From positions 1,240,001-1,304,000 of the forward strand of contig QPMI01000005.1 of assembly GCA_004431415.1 (NCBI GenBank): 64,000 nucleotides of DNA, written 5' to 3'. Below the pieces are notes generated by a model. That model did no database searches. It was not told where the DNA came from and worked only from the letters and a program-made list of their open reading frames with translations. Of the stretch, positions 11,714 to 21,631 are shown one piece after another (positions within the stretch are counted from its first letter, which is position 1; the number at the start of each line of letters is the position of its first letter). Source of the stretch: Cyanophora paradoxa CCMP329 (Eukaryota; Plantae; Glaucophyta). A program made the position numbers and the translations under genes.

Positions 11714-12805
11714 GCTATTTTTAGGTACAGTAGTTTAGTGCTACAGTAGTTGAGTTCCGGGTCCGCTCCCCGGGCGGGCCGGCCGGCGCGACCACGCTTG
11801 CCGTCGCAACGCCGGGTACACGAAATGTAAACCACGGAGGGGGGGGGATGAAGCGTGAGATATTTTGGAGGGGGTGGAGGGGGGTGGAGGGGGTAGGGTG
11901 GGGGGGAAGGGTGGAGAGGGGCGTGGGGAAGGGTCAACGAGGGGAAATCGAAGGGTCGGCGAGGGGTAGCGCCCGACATATACCATGGTATATATGCACA
12001 GTAGTTTAGTACGACAGTAGTTGAGTTCCGGGTCCGCTCCCCGGCCGGCCGCCCGGTCGGACAAAGGGGGGTACCCTGTCTCGTACGAGGGGGGGGGAAG
12101 AAGTCACAGTAGTTTAGTGCCACAGTAGTTGAGTTCCGGGTCCGCTCCCCGGCCGGGGATCCGCGCCTGTTTTAATGTATTACACTATACAATATTATAT
12201 TATCTTTTTTCAATTTCAAATTCAAACCTAGAAAAGATAGAAGATAGTTACTACTGCATCACAGTATACATACATTATCTTTTTTTGGTTTTGAATTTGA
12301 ATTCAAAAATAATATATATAATGTATTATATTGCAATATAATGCGGGCGGAGCCCCAGCCGGGGAGCAGACCCGGAACTCAACTACTGTGGCACTAAACT
12401 ACTGTGACTTCTTCCCCCCCCCCCCCCCCCCCCTCGTACGAGACCGCGTACCCCTTCTCTCCGACCGGACGGCCGGCCGGGAGCGGACCCGGAACTCAAC
12501 TACTGTCGTACTAAACTACTGTGCATATATACCATGGTATATGTCGGGCGCTACCCCTCGCCAACCCTTCGATTTCCCCTCGTTGACCCTTCCCCACGCC
12601 CCTCCACCCTTCCCCCCACCCTACCCCCTCCATCCCCCTCCACTCTCTCCAAAATATCTCACGCTTCATCCCCCCCCCCCTCCGTGTTTTACATTTCGTG
12701 TACCCGGCGTTGCGACGGTAAACGTGGTCGCGCCGGCCGGCCCGCCCGGGGAGCGGACCCGGAACTCAACTACTGTAGCACTAAACTACTGTACCTAAAA
12801 ATAGC
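11714..12805. repeat. ~1.1 kb imperfect palindrome (arms 11714-12164 and 12347-12805, AT-rich centre); candidate replication origin or terminal junction
   Basis: The arms are reverse complements (gctatttttaggtacagtagttt... / ...aaactactgtacctaaaaatagc). Each arm carries three ~45 bp boxes ACAGTAGTTTAGTGCTACAGTAGTTGAGTTCCGGGTCCGCTCCC; a seventh box lies at ~12831-12888. Confidence 0.9.
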
Positions 12806-13003
12806 GCCGGGCCGCGCCGGACCGCCGACCCCGGGAGCGGACCCGAAACTCAACTACTGTGGCACTAAACTACTGTACCTAAAAATAGATAGCCCGGCGG
12901 GTCAGGGGCACGAATCTATAAAAGGAAGTTCCTCGCGTGGTACCCTCCCGCACCTGGGGCCCCTCCCACACCGCCCCCCTCCCCGTTTTACCTCTCGCAA
13001 AGC

Positions 13004-14319
13004 ATGGCAGAATCCGTAATCGCGTCAACCTCGGCCCCGAACTCGAACCCGTCAGCTCGGGGGCGCAAGCGTCCCGCCCCGTCGAGATCTCCTCCGCCGC
13101 CCCTGCTGACGTTTGATACCAGTCCCTTTCCGACCGAGATACTCGCCATGATCGCGTCGTACGTCGATCCCGCAGACCTCGAGGCGCTCTTCGAGGCCGG
13201 ACCCGAGGGCAAAGCCGCCGTTCTTCGTGCCGAGCAGCTCATGCCGTGGTGGCGCCGACGCGGTGGGTGCCGTGCGCTCGGGCGGAACGACAAGGGCGCC
13301 CTGTGCGTCTCGGGAGACCTGCGGGTCCGACGCGTGGCGGCCGACGCGACGGGCGCCTGGATCGTCGTCGAGCTCGAGCGCGGGCCCGGGGCGTGGGACG
13401 GCGGCTCGCTGCTGCGGGTCAACAACGAGGGCCTCCACGAGGAGCTCCCGCCGGCCGCGCTGCTGCAGCTGGGCGTCCGACCGCACCCGGCGGCGGGGCT
13501 CTGGGTGGACGGGACGGCACGGTGCGGGTGGTGGGGCTTGCTGCGCCGGGAGAGGGTCCAAGCCCGCCCCCCGCCGGGGGCGACCCGAGCGCGGCGCCCG
13601 TGCTCGTCTGCTGGCGGCCCGGCGCCGCGCCGCAGGTGGCGGTGCGCTACGGGACGCCGAGGGCCTGCGTCGCCGCGGGCGCCGGGATTCAGCCTCTTGC
13701 CGTTGCGTGGGCATTCGAGTCGCGGGGAAGGGCGCTCCTTCTCGTGCCGTCAAACGTGGCGCGCGTCGTCGCCGTCGACGCCTGCACCTGCGCTCCCACC
13801 GAGGTGAATCTGAACGTTGGAGGGGGTCCTCTAGAGGAACGGCTGCACGCGATTCCCGTCTGCGGCGGCTGGATCGTTCGGCGGACCGACGCGCGCGCGG
13901 GCGGACCGGTAAACGAGACCCGTCCCACAAACGACGCGCTTGGGCACCTCGTGCGCGCCGACGGGACCGTAGAGGCCCTAAAGGGCCCGTCCGTAGCCGG
14001 GCGCGCGGCTCCGTGCCACGTTGTGGGCACCATCTGCGTCGCCGCCAACGAGCACGGTCGCGCCTCGCTCCTCTCCATCACGCGCGGGAAACAGGACGGC
14101 AGCCGCGAGATCGTCCCGATAGCCCCGAACGAGGCGCCGGACCTCTACGGACTCTACCGCGCGTGGCCGAGGGAGACCGTTTACTGGAGCGAGTGCGAGG
14201 ACGGCGTCCCGCGCCTCGCGTTTCTGGTCCGGCCCGGGACGAGGGTGCTTCAGATCGTGAACGTGGCGAACCGGCGCCAGCTGGGCCGCGAGATCTCGCG
14301 GGCGCTCGGAGGAGTGTAG
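13004..14319 (+). CDS. F-box protein with beta-rich C-terminus (frameshift near 13560)
   Basis: FDTSPFPTEILAMIASYVDPADLEAL is F-box-like; the protein continues in ORF 13246..14319. TATAAAAG at 12917. Confidence 0.65.
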
Positions 14320-14682
14320 CGCTGTTCATCCGCGCCGGCGCCGATGACGGGGTCGGATGCAAAATAGTGCCGCAGCGGCAAATAATGCCTGGGAGCGTGT
14401 GCGCGATTCGAGGTTTTTGGTAACTGGCGTGAAGTCAATTTACATTGAATGCTGCCTTTTGCAATATACAGTCGCACAACCGGAAAGAGGGGCTCGCGGT
14501 AAAATTCTGTATGCGGGGGGGCGTCTTGAATCGTAATTCTATGATATAAGCCCCAACGGGTTCTATAATATAAGATACAATATAAGCTATACAAATTCCA
14601 TCCGTTTCCGAGGGCGCACGGATAGGTCCGGCAATGTTCGTATTTCCTTATGCACTCTCAAACACGCATTGCTCTCTACATC

Positions 14683-17600
14683 TTACTCTATCTGCACGCC
14701 GAGAATATCAAATCCTCGGCGCGGGATAACCAGAAACCGCTTCCGCCGCCCCGAGACGTCGCAGGTCGTAAACGCAGCGTTACCTCCATCGGGGAGCACG
14801 CCCGTTGCATCCGCATCCGAGGTCCAGTGATTTACCTGCCACTGACGAACGGCGGACCGTCCGTTGAGGCCTCCCCGACCGGTGTTGGCCAGGAAAAATC
14901 CCGGGCCCTCGTGGCCCATAAACGTCCACATCTTGAAAATCTCGACGTCCGCCAGCACCCGTCCCGCGGGTCCCGCGCCGAGTATCACGAGCCGTCGCCC
15001 GCCGGGGCCCGCCCTCGTCGCCGCCACGTAGCCGTAAAATTGCCGCACGTCCTCCAGGGTCGCCGCGAAGCGTTCCCGCACCGCCCTCGCAATCTCGGCC
15101 TCCAACGCGCCCCGCGCCTGGGCGGCAAACGTGCGCAGGGCCTCGTCGAGACCCGGGGCCTCGGCGGCGCGGCGTAGCACGTCGTGGCACTCGAACTCGG
15201 CGTCCTCCCCGAGGGCGGCGAGCGTCTCGGGCAGCATGTCCACGTGCGGGTTCGTGGGCGGGTCCGGGCGCGCCGCCGCCTCCTCTTCCTCTGGCGTCGC
15301 GTTTCGCCCCTCTTTCCGTCGCTCCATGGCCGCCTTCTTTGCCCGTTTGACCTTGCGTTCGAGCGCGTCCCGCGCCGCCACGATTGTGGCGGCGAGGTTG
15401 ACCCGACCGAGGCGGCGGGCAAGGGCCTCGGCCCGTTCGACTTCGTCCGTTTCCATCCCGGTCCGCCGCCGCCTCTCTTGGGCGCGCCGCACGATGCACG
15501 CCGCCGCGAAACGGGTTCCCGTCATCAGGGACCGGCCCTCGAGGCGACGGGGCTCATCGTTGCTCTTCGGACCGCCCTTGCCCCCGTTGGTCGCGAGCGG
15601 GACGCCCAGCAGCTCGTGCGCCCACCGCAAGATCTCGTACATGGTCCGGCGGAGCTCCTTGACCGCCATGGCGCACCCCAGGGGCCGCCCGTGCGCGTCC
15701 GCCGTCGCGCCCAGGGCGCGCAGGCGTGCGGCCTCGGTCAGGATCGCGGCGTCGTCGGCGCCCTCCGGAACCATCACGGTAAACGGGGCCGCAGAGCGCA
15801 GCTGGGCAAGCCGTCGGACCCACAGGACCGCCCGCTCGCGCGCCACGTCGGCGGCCTCGGCCAGGGCCGCCGCCACCCGGCCGGAGAGGTCGCGGCCGAG
15901 GGTAAACGGATCTTGTCCCTCGCAGAGCGTCCCCAGCGCCGCCGTCGCCTCGCCCCCGCGGGGCGCGCCCGGCACGAGGGCGGTCCGGAGGGCGTCCCGC
16001 CCCGCGAGCATTGCCCGCAGCTCCTCGAGGTCGACGCGCGCCACGTCCGCGTCCGACGGTGCGGGAACGCCGCCGTACAGGGCGGCGCGGGCGGCGCGGC
16101 GGTGCGCGGGGCGGAGCAGGGCCCTGCGGAGCGCCTTGACCGCCTCGGCCGGGTTGATGGGCCCGCCGTTGTCGGCCTTCCAGGGGTAGCGGCCCGCGTT
16201 GAGGAGATCGGTGCATCGCGACGACTCTAGAGCGGCGAGATACCCGCCGACGAGGGCGGGATCGACGGCGATGCAGCCCAGCAGGGCGGCGGCGAGGTGG
16301 TCCGGGAGGAGCGACCGCGAGAGGGCCTCGACGGCAACGCGCTTGGCGGCCGGACCCGTAACGCACAGGCCTGCGCCCTCGATCACGAGCTGCGCGAGCG
16401 GGGCCGCCCCGGGCGCCCCGTCGGCGTCCGTCCCGTCGACGTCCGCAAGGGCCCGCAGCGCCGGCAGCGTCGCGCAGCCGGTCAGGCGGAGAATCTCTAC
16501 GGCACCGCGCGACTCGTGAAGCAGGTCCCTGTAATCCCGTGAGTGCGACGAGGAGCCGTTCCAGCCGAGCTCGCCGCACATGCCGCCACGGAAGAGCCAA
16601 CGGATCGTGTCGTGCAGGGCGAGTTCAAACTTGCGCTTTCGCCGTCCCGCCGGGTCCTGGGCGTACCTCAGGGCCTCGTCCACGCCAACCTCCTCGCTGC
16701 GCGAGAGCGCCAGCGAGGTCGACGCAAACGCGAGGTCGGCGGCGTGCCGCTCGGCGTCGCAAAAGTGGACGGTCCGGTGGGCCCGCACATCGTTGTATAT
16801 CTCGCTCGCGGGGCACGGCCCGCGGCCGACCGCGCACACCTCCTCCTCGACCGGCAGCGGCCGCGCGCCGAGCAGCGGGTGGGCCATAAAGTGGAGCTTG
16901 TAGGCCTGGTGGAGCGCGTCGATCTCCGCCCCGACCCGCTTCTGGTCGAGAAAGTCGACGACGGCGACTCCGATCCCCATCCCGCCGCGCTTGCGAAGCT
17001 TGACGTCGTAGGCCAGGATGATGGAGCGCCGCGAGTGCGATTCGAGGGCCATCTGACGGGCCTGCGCCTCGAGCACCGCGGCGCCGAGCGAGCCGCGCAG
17101 CCGCGTCTTCCCCCCGAGCGGATTCCGGCAGCTGTAGGAACGGACTCCGGCGTCGATCTCCCGGACGTGTCGCTCGCTGTGGGCCCGCACCTGGGCGCGG
17201 CGGTCCGCCAGGATCTCGTCCGCGCGGAGCAGGTCGGACGTCGGCTCGGCGCGCAGCGAGCAGAAGAGGAGGGCGATCGTGGCGAGGAACCATCGAAGGC
17301 GCGGCGTGAGCTGGAACGACAGGTTCACGTCGCCGAGGGCGCCGCCGTGGACGGCGATGCAGCGGTCGAAGCGGACTCGAGGATCGTTGACGGACGTTCC
17401 CTGGGCGACCTGCGCGCGGTGGGTCGGTACGGGGAAAATAACGGTAAAACGGTAAACGGAGAATGGAGGGGGCGGGGGTGGGCGGACCGTGGAGTTGTAC
17501 AGGATGATATCGGCGTCGGCAAACGCCTCGGCGCTGCGGAAGACGAACCGCTCGGAATCCTCGCATCCTCCGACCACGATCTTGATGCGGATGTGCCTGA

Positions 17601-20205
17601 GTTCCGGGATCGCCTCGAGGACGCTTGCGATCCGAAAGAGCTCGTCCTTGGTCGTGCAGGAGATGACCTGCTTGTCGCCCACGAGGGCGTACGCGGCCAC
17701 GAGGAGGGGTGCGTCCGCAACCTCCGCCGCGGTCCAGGTGTGCCGCAGGTTGCCGCCGTCCCGCTTCTGGTAGAGCAGGACGGACGTGTCGTGCTGCTTG
17801 CGCCGGCGGGCCAGGCGCTCGAGCTCCGCGCGCTCGCCGTCCGCCTCGATCGCGTCGTCCTCGGCGGCGCCCATCGGCTCGTCCTGGATCGTGGAGGTCA
17901 CGCCCTCGGGTCCCTCGAGGCCCGCGTCGAGGAGCTTGAGGAAGAACGTGAGCGTCGGGACGGAAAGGTCCGCGTCGGCGATGAGCGTGACGTACGACTC
18001 GCCGAGCTTTATCGCGATGGCGGCGACGGCCTGCTGCCGCCGATCGTCCTTGGAGAGCGTCGCGCCGTTGGCCAGGATCGCGAGGAGCTTCCCGACCTCG
18101 TCCAGGAACGCGCTGTCGTGCCGGTTTACCCCGCTGTGATCGACAAAGTGACGGGCGCTCTCCAACGTCGTCGCGAGGTTCTCGGGAAACGCTCCCCGCT
18201 CCGGCCAGGGCCCGTGGCTCGCGCTCGAGTACGGGATCCATGCCGCCTCCTCCCGTCCCGAGAGCACGTCCTTGTAGCGGGTCTCGTTAACGAGCTCGTC
18301 CTGCTGCGCCCTCGAGTTGAGAAATACCAAGAGCTTCACATTGTTCCCGTCCCGTCCCGACCGCCCGACGATCTCGGGGTTCTCCTGGAGCAGCTTCCAG
18401 ACGAACGTGGACGCCTCCGTTTTGCCCCTCCCCATGCCCAATGGTAGGGCCACGATGATGCGCCGCGCCCCGGCCTCGCGCCGCGCCTGCACCTCGTTCC
18501 AGATGAGGTCGTAATCCACGTACAGGCTCCCGTCGTTTTCGTCCCGAATCACTCCGTCGACGACGTCGACCAGATCGTCGGGACTCGCGAGGGCATCCGC
18601 CAAGAATGCGTCGATCTCGTCGGGCGGCGGGAGCTGCCGCGCCACGGCGAGCGGCCCGCTGACGGTCTTCTTTTGCTCCTTGTCGAGGGCGGCGTACTCT
18701 TGCGCGATTTCCTTCGGGAGCAGGCTCTTTGACGCGCCGCTCGCGATGTCAATGGCGACCGGAATCGCGGCCTTGGCCGCGTCCTGCAGGAGGTCCGAAC
18801 CCCTGCCCGCCTTGGCGAATCTCCGCCGGGCCGTGGCACCCAGGCGCGCCGTCGTTACGCGCGGGGCGCCCGCGGCGGCGGGATCGCCGCAGAGGCGGCG
18901 GTCCATGTCCCCCTCGACGAGGCGCAGCGCCTCGAGGTGCACGTACGGCGGGTGAAACTCGAAGAGCGCGCTTTTGAGGTCGGAGGAGTCGATCCCGGCG
19001 CCCTGGCGGCAGTGGTAGCACGGAAGGAGGACGCTCCGCTCCCGTACCGAGTCGACGATGAGCTTGCCCGCGCGGCCCGCCGCGCCGCACGCGGGGCACG
19101 GCAGCCGGACCGTGTACTCGAGCGAGTTGGTCCAGACCTCCACGGTCAGCGTCGCCGCCGCGACAGAGGCCGGTCCGCTCGGGGCCGGACGGGCGGACCG
19201 AAACCACCTGCTTGCCGCGTCGGCGCGCCCTCGGGTCGCGATGGCCCCCAGCGCCGCCACGATCATTCCGCGCTCCTCCTGCGTTGCCTGGACGGCGAGT
19301 CCGCGCACCTCCCAGGGCTCTTCCGCGTCGCGGACGGGAAGGGCCTCTGCAAACTTCCGCATGGAGGGCATCATCCAGTTGTAGAACGATTGCCGCGCCG
19401 CGACGCAGGCGGGGTCCTCGGCCCCCGTGTGGATCGTGATGCCCTCGCGCCCCGCCTTGCTGGCGAGCATGCGGTGGTCCGGAATGCGCGTGGCGTGTTG
19501 CGCGAACCGGGCGTGAACGTCGCCCGAGACTGCGGCAGGCCCCGGCATGGAGCACGGGATTTTGCGTAAAAAATTGGGCAGGTCGCTCGTCGTCATTCCC
19601 GCGCGGTGCGCGTAGAGGCGGCCCAGAGGAATGAAGTAAAATCTCGTGGGGCCCTCGTAAAACTCGAAGATGAGAAACCCGCCGGCGCCGTCGTACTCGA
19701 GATGAAAGGGGATCTTCCACTCGCGCAGCTTTTCACACCGCTGGAAGACCGCGTTGGCCACCATCCGAACGTCGGCCCGCGCCTGGATGAGCGCCTCGAG
19801 CGGGGCGTTGCGCACGGCGCCGAGCGCCTTGCACAGGGCGATCTTGTCGTGCTGAAGGCCTTCGGGACGGCAGTGCGAGATGCACATCTGACGTACCAGC
19901 CAAAGTCGATTGTGTGCGGGGACGGCAAAGAGGTTGGCGAAACGACCGGATGGGGCCCTCGCGACCGTTGTCCAGGGCGTCCACTTTTGGTCGGCGAGTA
20001 CGAAAACGGGAGAGTTACCTTGTGACGGGTCCGAAATAGTGCCGGCGGGTCGAGAGGCGCTCTCGGGGATCTTGTCGAAATCCATGGTGTCGGGGTCAGT
20101 CGCACAGTCGGCCTCGGCGGCAGATGCAATGCGCTTGGAAGGTCCCTCGCCGTGGGGCCGGGACGGGCTCCTCGTGCGCTTGAGAGGCGCCGCGGGACTC
20201 GCCAT
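14683..20205 (-). CDS. Large origin-binding-protein-like (herpesvirus UL9-like) SF2 helicase with N-terminal Cys4 zinc ribbon; one in-frame intron
   Basis: Walker A IIVALPLGMGRGKT, Walker B AFLDEV, motif III IADADLS, motif V ILYNST/VAQGTS after removing intron 17410-17487, motif VI FQLTPRLR; CPAC...CYHC. The likely ATG is at 20205, downstream of TATAAAAG (20266-20273). Confidence 0.78.
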   Translation of the reverse strand: MASPAAPLKRTRSPSRPHGEGPSKRIASAAEADCATDPDTMDFDKIPESASRPAGTISDPSQGNSPVFVLADQKWTPWTTVARAPSGRFANLFAVPAHNRLWLVRQMCISHCRPEGLQHDKIALCKALGAVRNAPLEALIQARADVRMVANAVFQRCEKLREWKIPFHLEYDGAGGFLIFEFYEGPTRFYFIPLGRLYAHRAGMTTSDLPNFLRKIPCSMPGPAAVSGDVHARFAQHATRIPDHRMLASKAGREGITIHTGAEDPACVAARQSFYNWMMPSMRKFAEALPVRDAEEPWEVRGLAVQATQEERGMIVAALGAIATRGRADAASRWFRSARPAPSGPASVAAATLTVEVWTNSLEYTVRLPCPACGAAGRAGKLIVDSVRERSVLLPCYHCRQGAGIDSSDLKSALFEFHPPYVHLEALRLVEGDMDRRLCGDPAAAGAPRVTTARLGATARRRFAKAGRGSDLLQDAAKAAIPVAIDIASGASKSLLPKEIAQEYAALDKEQKKTVSGPLAVARQLPPPDEIDAFLADALASPDDLVDVVDGVIRDENDGSLYVDYDLIWNEVQARREAGARRIIVALPLGMGRGKTEASTFVWKLLQENPEIVGRSGRDGNNVKLLVFLNSRAQQDELVNETRYKDVLSGREEAAWIPYSSASHGPWPERGAFPENLATTLESARHFVDHSGVNRHDSAFLDEVGKLLAILANGATLSKDDRRQQAVAAIAIKLGESYVTLIADADLSVPTLTFFLKLLDAGLEGPEGVTSTIQDEPMGAAEDDAIEADGERAELERLARRRKQHDTSVLLYQKRDGGNLRHTWTAAEVADAPLLVAAYALVGDKQVISCTTKDELFRIASVLEAIPELRHIRIKIVVGGCEDSERFVFRSAEAFADADIILYNSTVRPPPPPPFSVYRFTVIFPVPTHRAQVAQGTSVNDPRVRFDRCIAVHGGALGDVNLSFQLTPRLRWFLATIALLFCSLRAEPTSDLLRADEILADRRAQVRAHSERHVREIDAGVRSYSCRNPLGGKTRLRGSLGAAVLEAQARQMALESHSRRSIILAYDVKLRKRGGMGIGVAVVDFLDQKRVGAEIDALHQAYKLHFMAHPLLGARPLPVEEEVCAVGRGPCPASEIYNDVRAHRTVHFCDAERHAADLAFASTSLALSRSEEVGVDEALRYAQDPAGRRKRKFELALHDTIRWLFRGGMCGELGWNGSSSHSRDYRDLLHESRGAVEILRLTGCATLPALRALADVDGTDADGAPGAAPLAQLVIEGAGLCVTGPAAKRVAVEALSRSLLPDHLAAALLGCIAVDPALVGGYLAALESSRCTDLLNAGRYPWKADNGGPINPAEAVKALRRALLRPAHRRAARAALYGGVPAPSDADVARVDLEELRAMLAGRDALRTALVPGAPRGGEATAALGTLCEGQDPFTLGRDLSGRVAAALAEAADVARERAVLWVRRLAQLRSAAPFTVMVPEGADDAAILTEAARLRALGATADAHGRPLGCAMAVKELRRTMYEILRWAHELLGVPLATNGGKGGPKSNDEPRRLEGRSLMTGTRFAAACIVRRAQERRRRTGMETDEVERAEALARRLGRVNLAATIVAARDALERKVKRAKKAAMERRKEGRNATPEEEEAAARPDPPTNPHVDMLPETLAALGEDAEFECHDVLRRAAEAPGLDEALRTFAAQARGALEAEIARAVRERFAATLEDVRQFYGYVAATRAGPGGRRLVILGAGPAGRVLADVEIFKMWTFMGHEGPGFFLANTGRGGLNGRSAVRQWQVNHWTSDADATGVLPDGGNAAFTTCDVSGRRKRFLVIPRRGFDILGVQIE

Positions 20206-20401
20206 GCGTCGACCACCGGTCGCGTGGGTTCGGTGAGGCACGTCCCCCTTCGCCTCGGGCACCGTCTTTTATAGGTTACGAGGTCCCCACGCCCGTCCCC
20301 ATGCACGCGGGGGGACGGCCCCTCCCCCCTCGATCGGCGGAATTGTGTCGTGCGGCAATCGAGTACCCGTCCGAGACGAGCGTCAAAAGATGCGTCCCAT
20401 T

Positions 20402-20468
20402 CTATTTTTAGGTACACTAGTTAAGTGCCGCAGTAGTTGAGTTCCGGTACAGTAGTTAAGTGCCGCAG
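20402..20468. promoter_or_regulatory. Isolated copy of the palindrome box upstream of the helicase gene
   Basis: ctatttttaggtacactagttaagtgccgcagtagttgagttccgg matches 11715-11760 at 42/46 positions, followed by a further half box. Confidence 0.8.
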
Positions 20469-20684
20469 GTTCGTGCCCGGTCCGTCGGACGGTCGTATTT
20501 TCGGTTCAACGGTTTTCACGCACCCAAAATCCCGATCGACAGGTGCATTTTTCGCGCCCTTCATCGGCATCGCAATAAGCATGAGGACCCGCTGCGACAA
20601 GATTCTGCGAAAGCTATATATAGATCAACTCCCAGGAGCCTTCTGGCGGTTCCTGCGGCGCTTTATTCTCGTCCCGATCGCGCG

Positions 20685-21548
20685 ATGCATGACACGCAAC
20701 CGTGCCGCTCCCCCTCGGATCGACTCCAACCGTTCTGCTGCCCTCTGCACCCGGACACTCCGGCCGCACCGGCGAGTCCCCGGCCCCTGGAGCACCACCG
20801 TCCTACGGCGAGCCCCGAGCACTCGCTGGCTCGCACCCTCTCGTTTACCCGCGCCGAGATCGGGGCGCTCGGTCTCGTCGAGGTCGTCCTGGGGGATCGA
20901 ATGTGCAGCGGCGCGCGCGTGTGGGATTCCCAGCGCCGCAGCGCGCCGCCCGGCGCGGAGAAGCTCCTCGAGCGCTACCGGGGCGACGGTTATCTCTTCT
21001 ACGATGCCGATGCCGGCGCGATCGCCGTCCCCGTCCTCCTGCGTTGGAGACCGATCCTCGGAGGCCCGGACTGCGAGATTGCAGCGGCGAGCGTGTCGAT
21101 TGACGGCGATCCCGCCGCCGACCACGCGGCCCTCGTCGCGTTTTCCGAGCTTGGGCGCATCTGCCGGATACTCGAGACGGTGTCATACGTCCCACCCAGC
21201 GATCGCCGCCTCGGTCACGGCGTCGAGTGCGCCATCTGCTGCGAGCCCCACGCGCGGCCCGTCGAGCTCTCCCCGTGCAAGCACGTCTTTTGCCTGGCGT
21301 GCGTCGTCCGGCTCTCGGCTGAGCCCCGCCCCCTCGCGTGCCCGGCGTGCCGCGCCGTCCCGTCCGGCATTGCGCTGCTCGAGAAGGAGCACATGGGCCG
21401 TTGGCGGGACGACGCGGCCGGCTACCTCGCCCGCCTCGCCGACGCGGCGACGTGCCTCCCCGCCCGGCTACCCCGCGCTTTTCGCGCCCTCTGCGCGGAT
21501 CCCCGCTGGCTGCTGGCGGGAGATCGCGCGCCCGGACGCGCGCATTGA
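20685..21548 (+). CDS. RING-HC (C3HC4) E3 ligase-like protein
   Basis: CAICCEPHARPVELSPCKHVFCLACVVRLSAEPRPLACPACR. Start codon uncertain. Confidence 0.8.
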   Translation: MHDTQPCRSPSDRLQPFCCPLHPDTPAAPASPRPLEHHRPTASPEHSLARTLSFTRAEIGALGLVEVVLGDRMCSGARVWDSQRRSAPPGAEKLLERYRGDGYLFYDADAGAIAVPVLLRWRPILGGPDCEIAAASVSIDGDPAADHAALVAFSELGRICRILETVSYVPPSDRRLGHGVECAICCEPHARPVELSPCKHVFCLACVVRLSAEPRPLACPACRAVPSGIALLEKEHMGRWRDDAAGYLARLADAATCLPARLPRAFRALCADPRWLLAGDRAPGRAH

Positions 21549-21631
21549 GGGAACGTTTGCGAAACATGCTGTAAAATCGAGTGATATTTGCAAAAGATAC
21601 GGGCGGGGTAAATTAAGATACAAGCGGGGCC

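Noticed and set aside
14950-15000. LVILGAGPAG as an FAD-binding oxidoreductase motif at the helicase C-terminus
   Set aside because: An isolated GxGxxG-like string without the rest of a Rossmann domain; likely chance in GC-rich codons.
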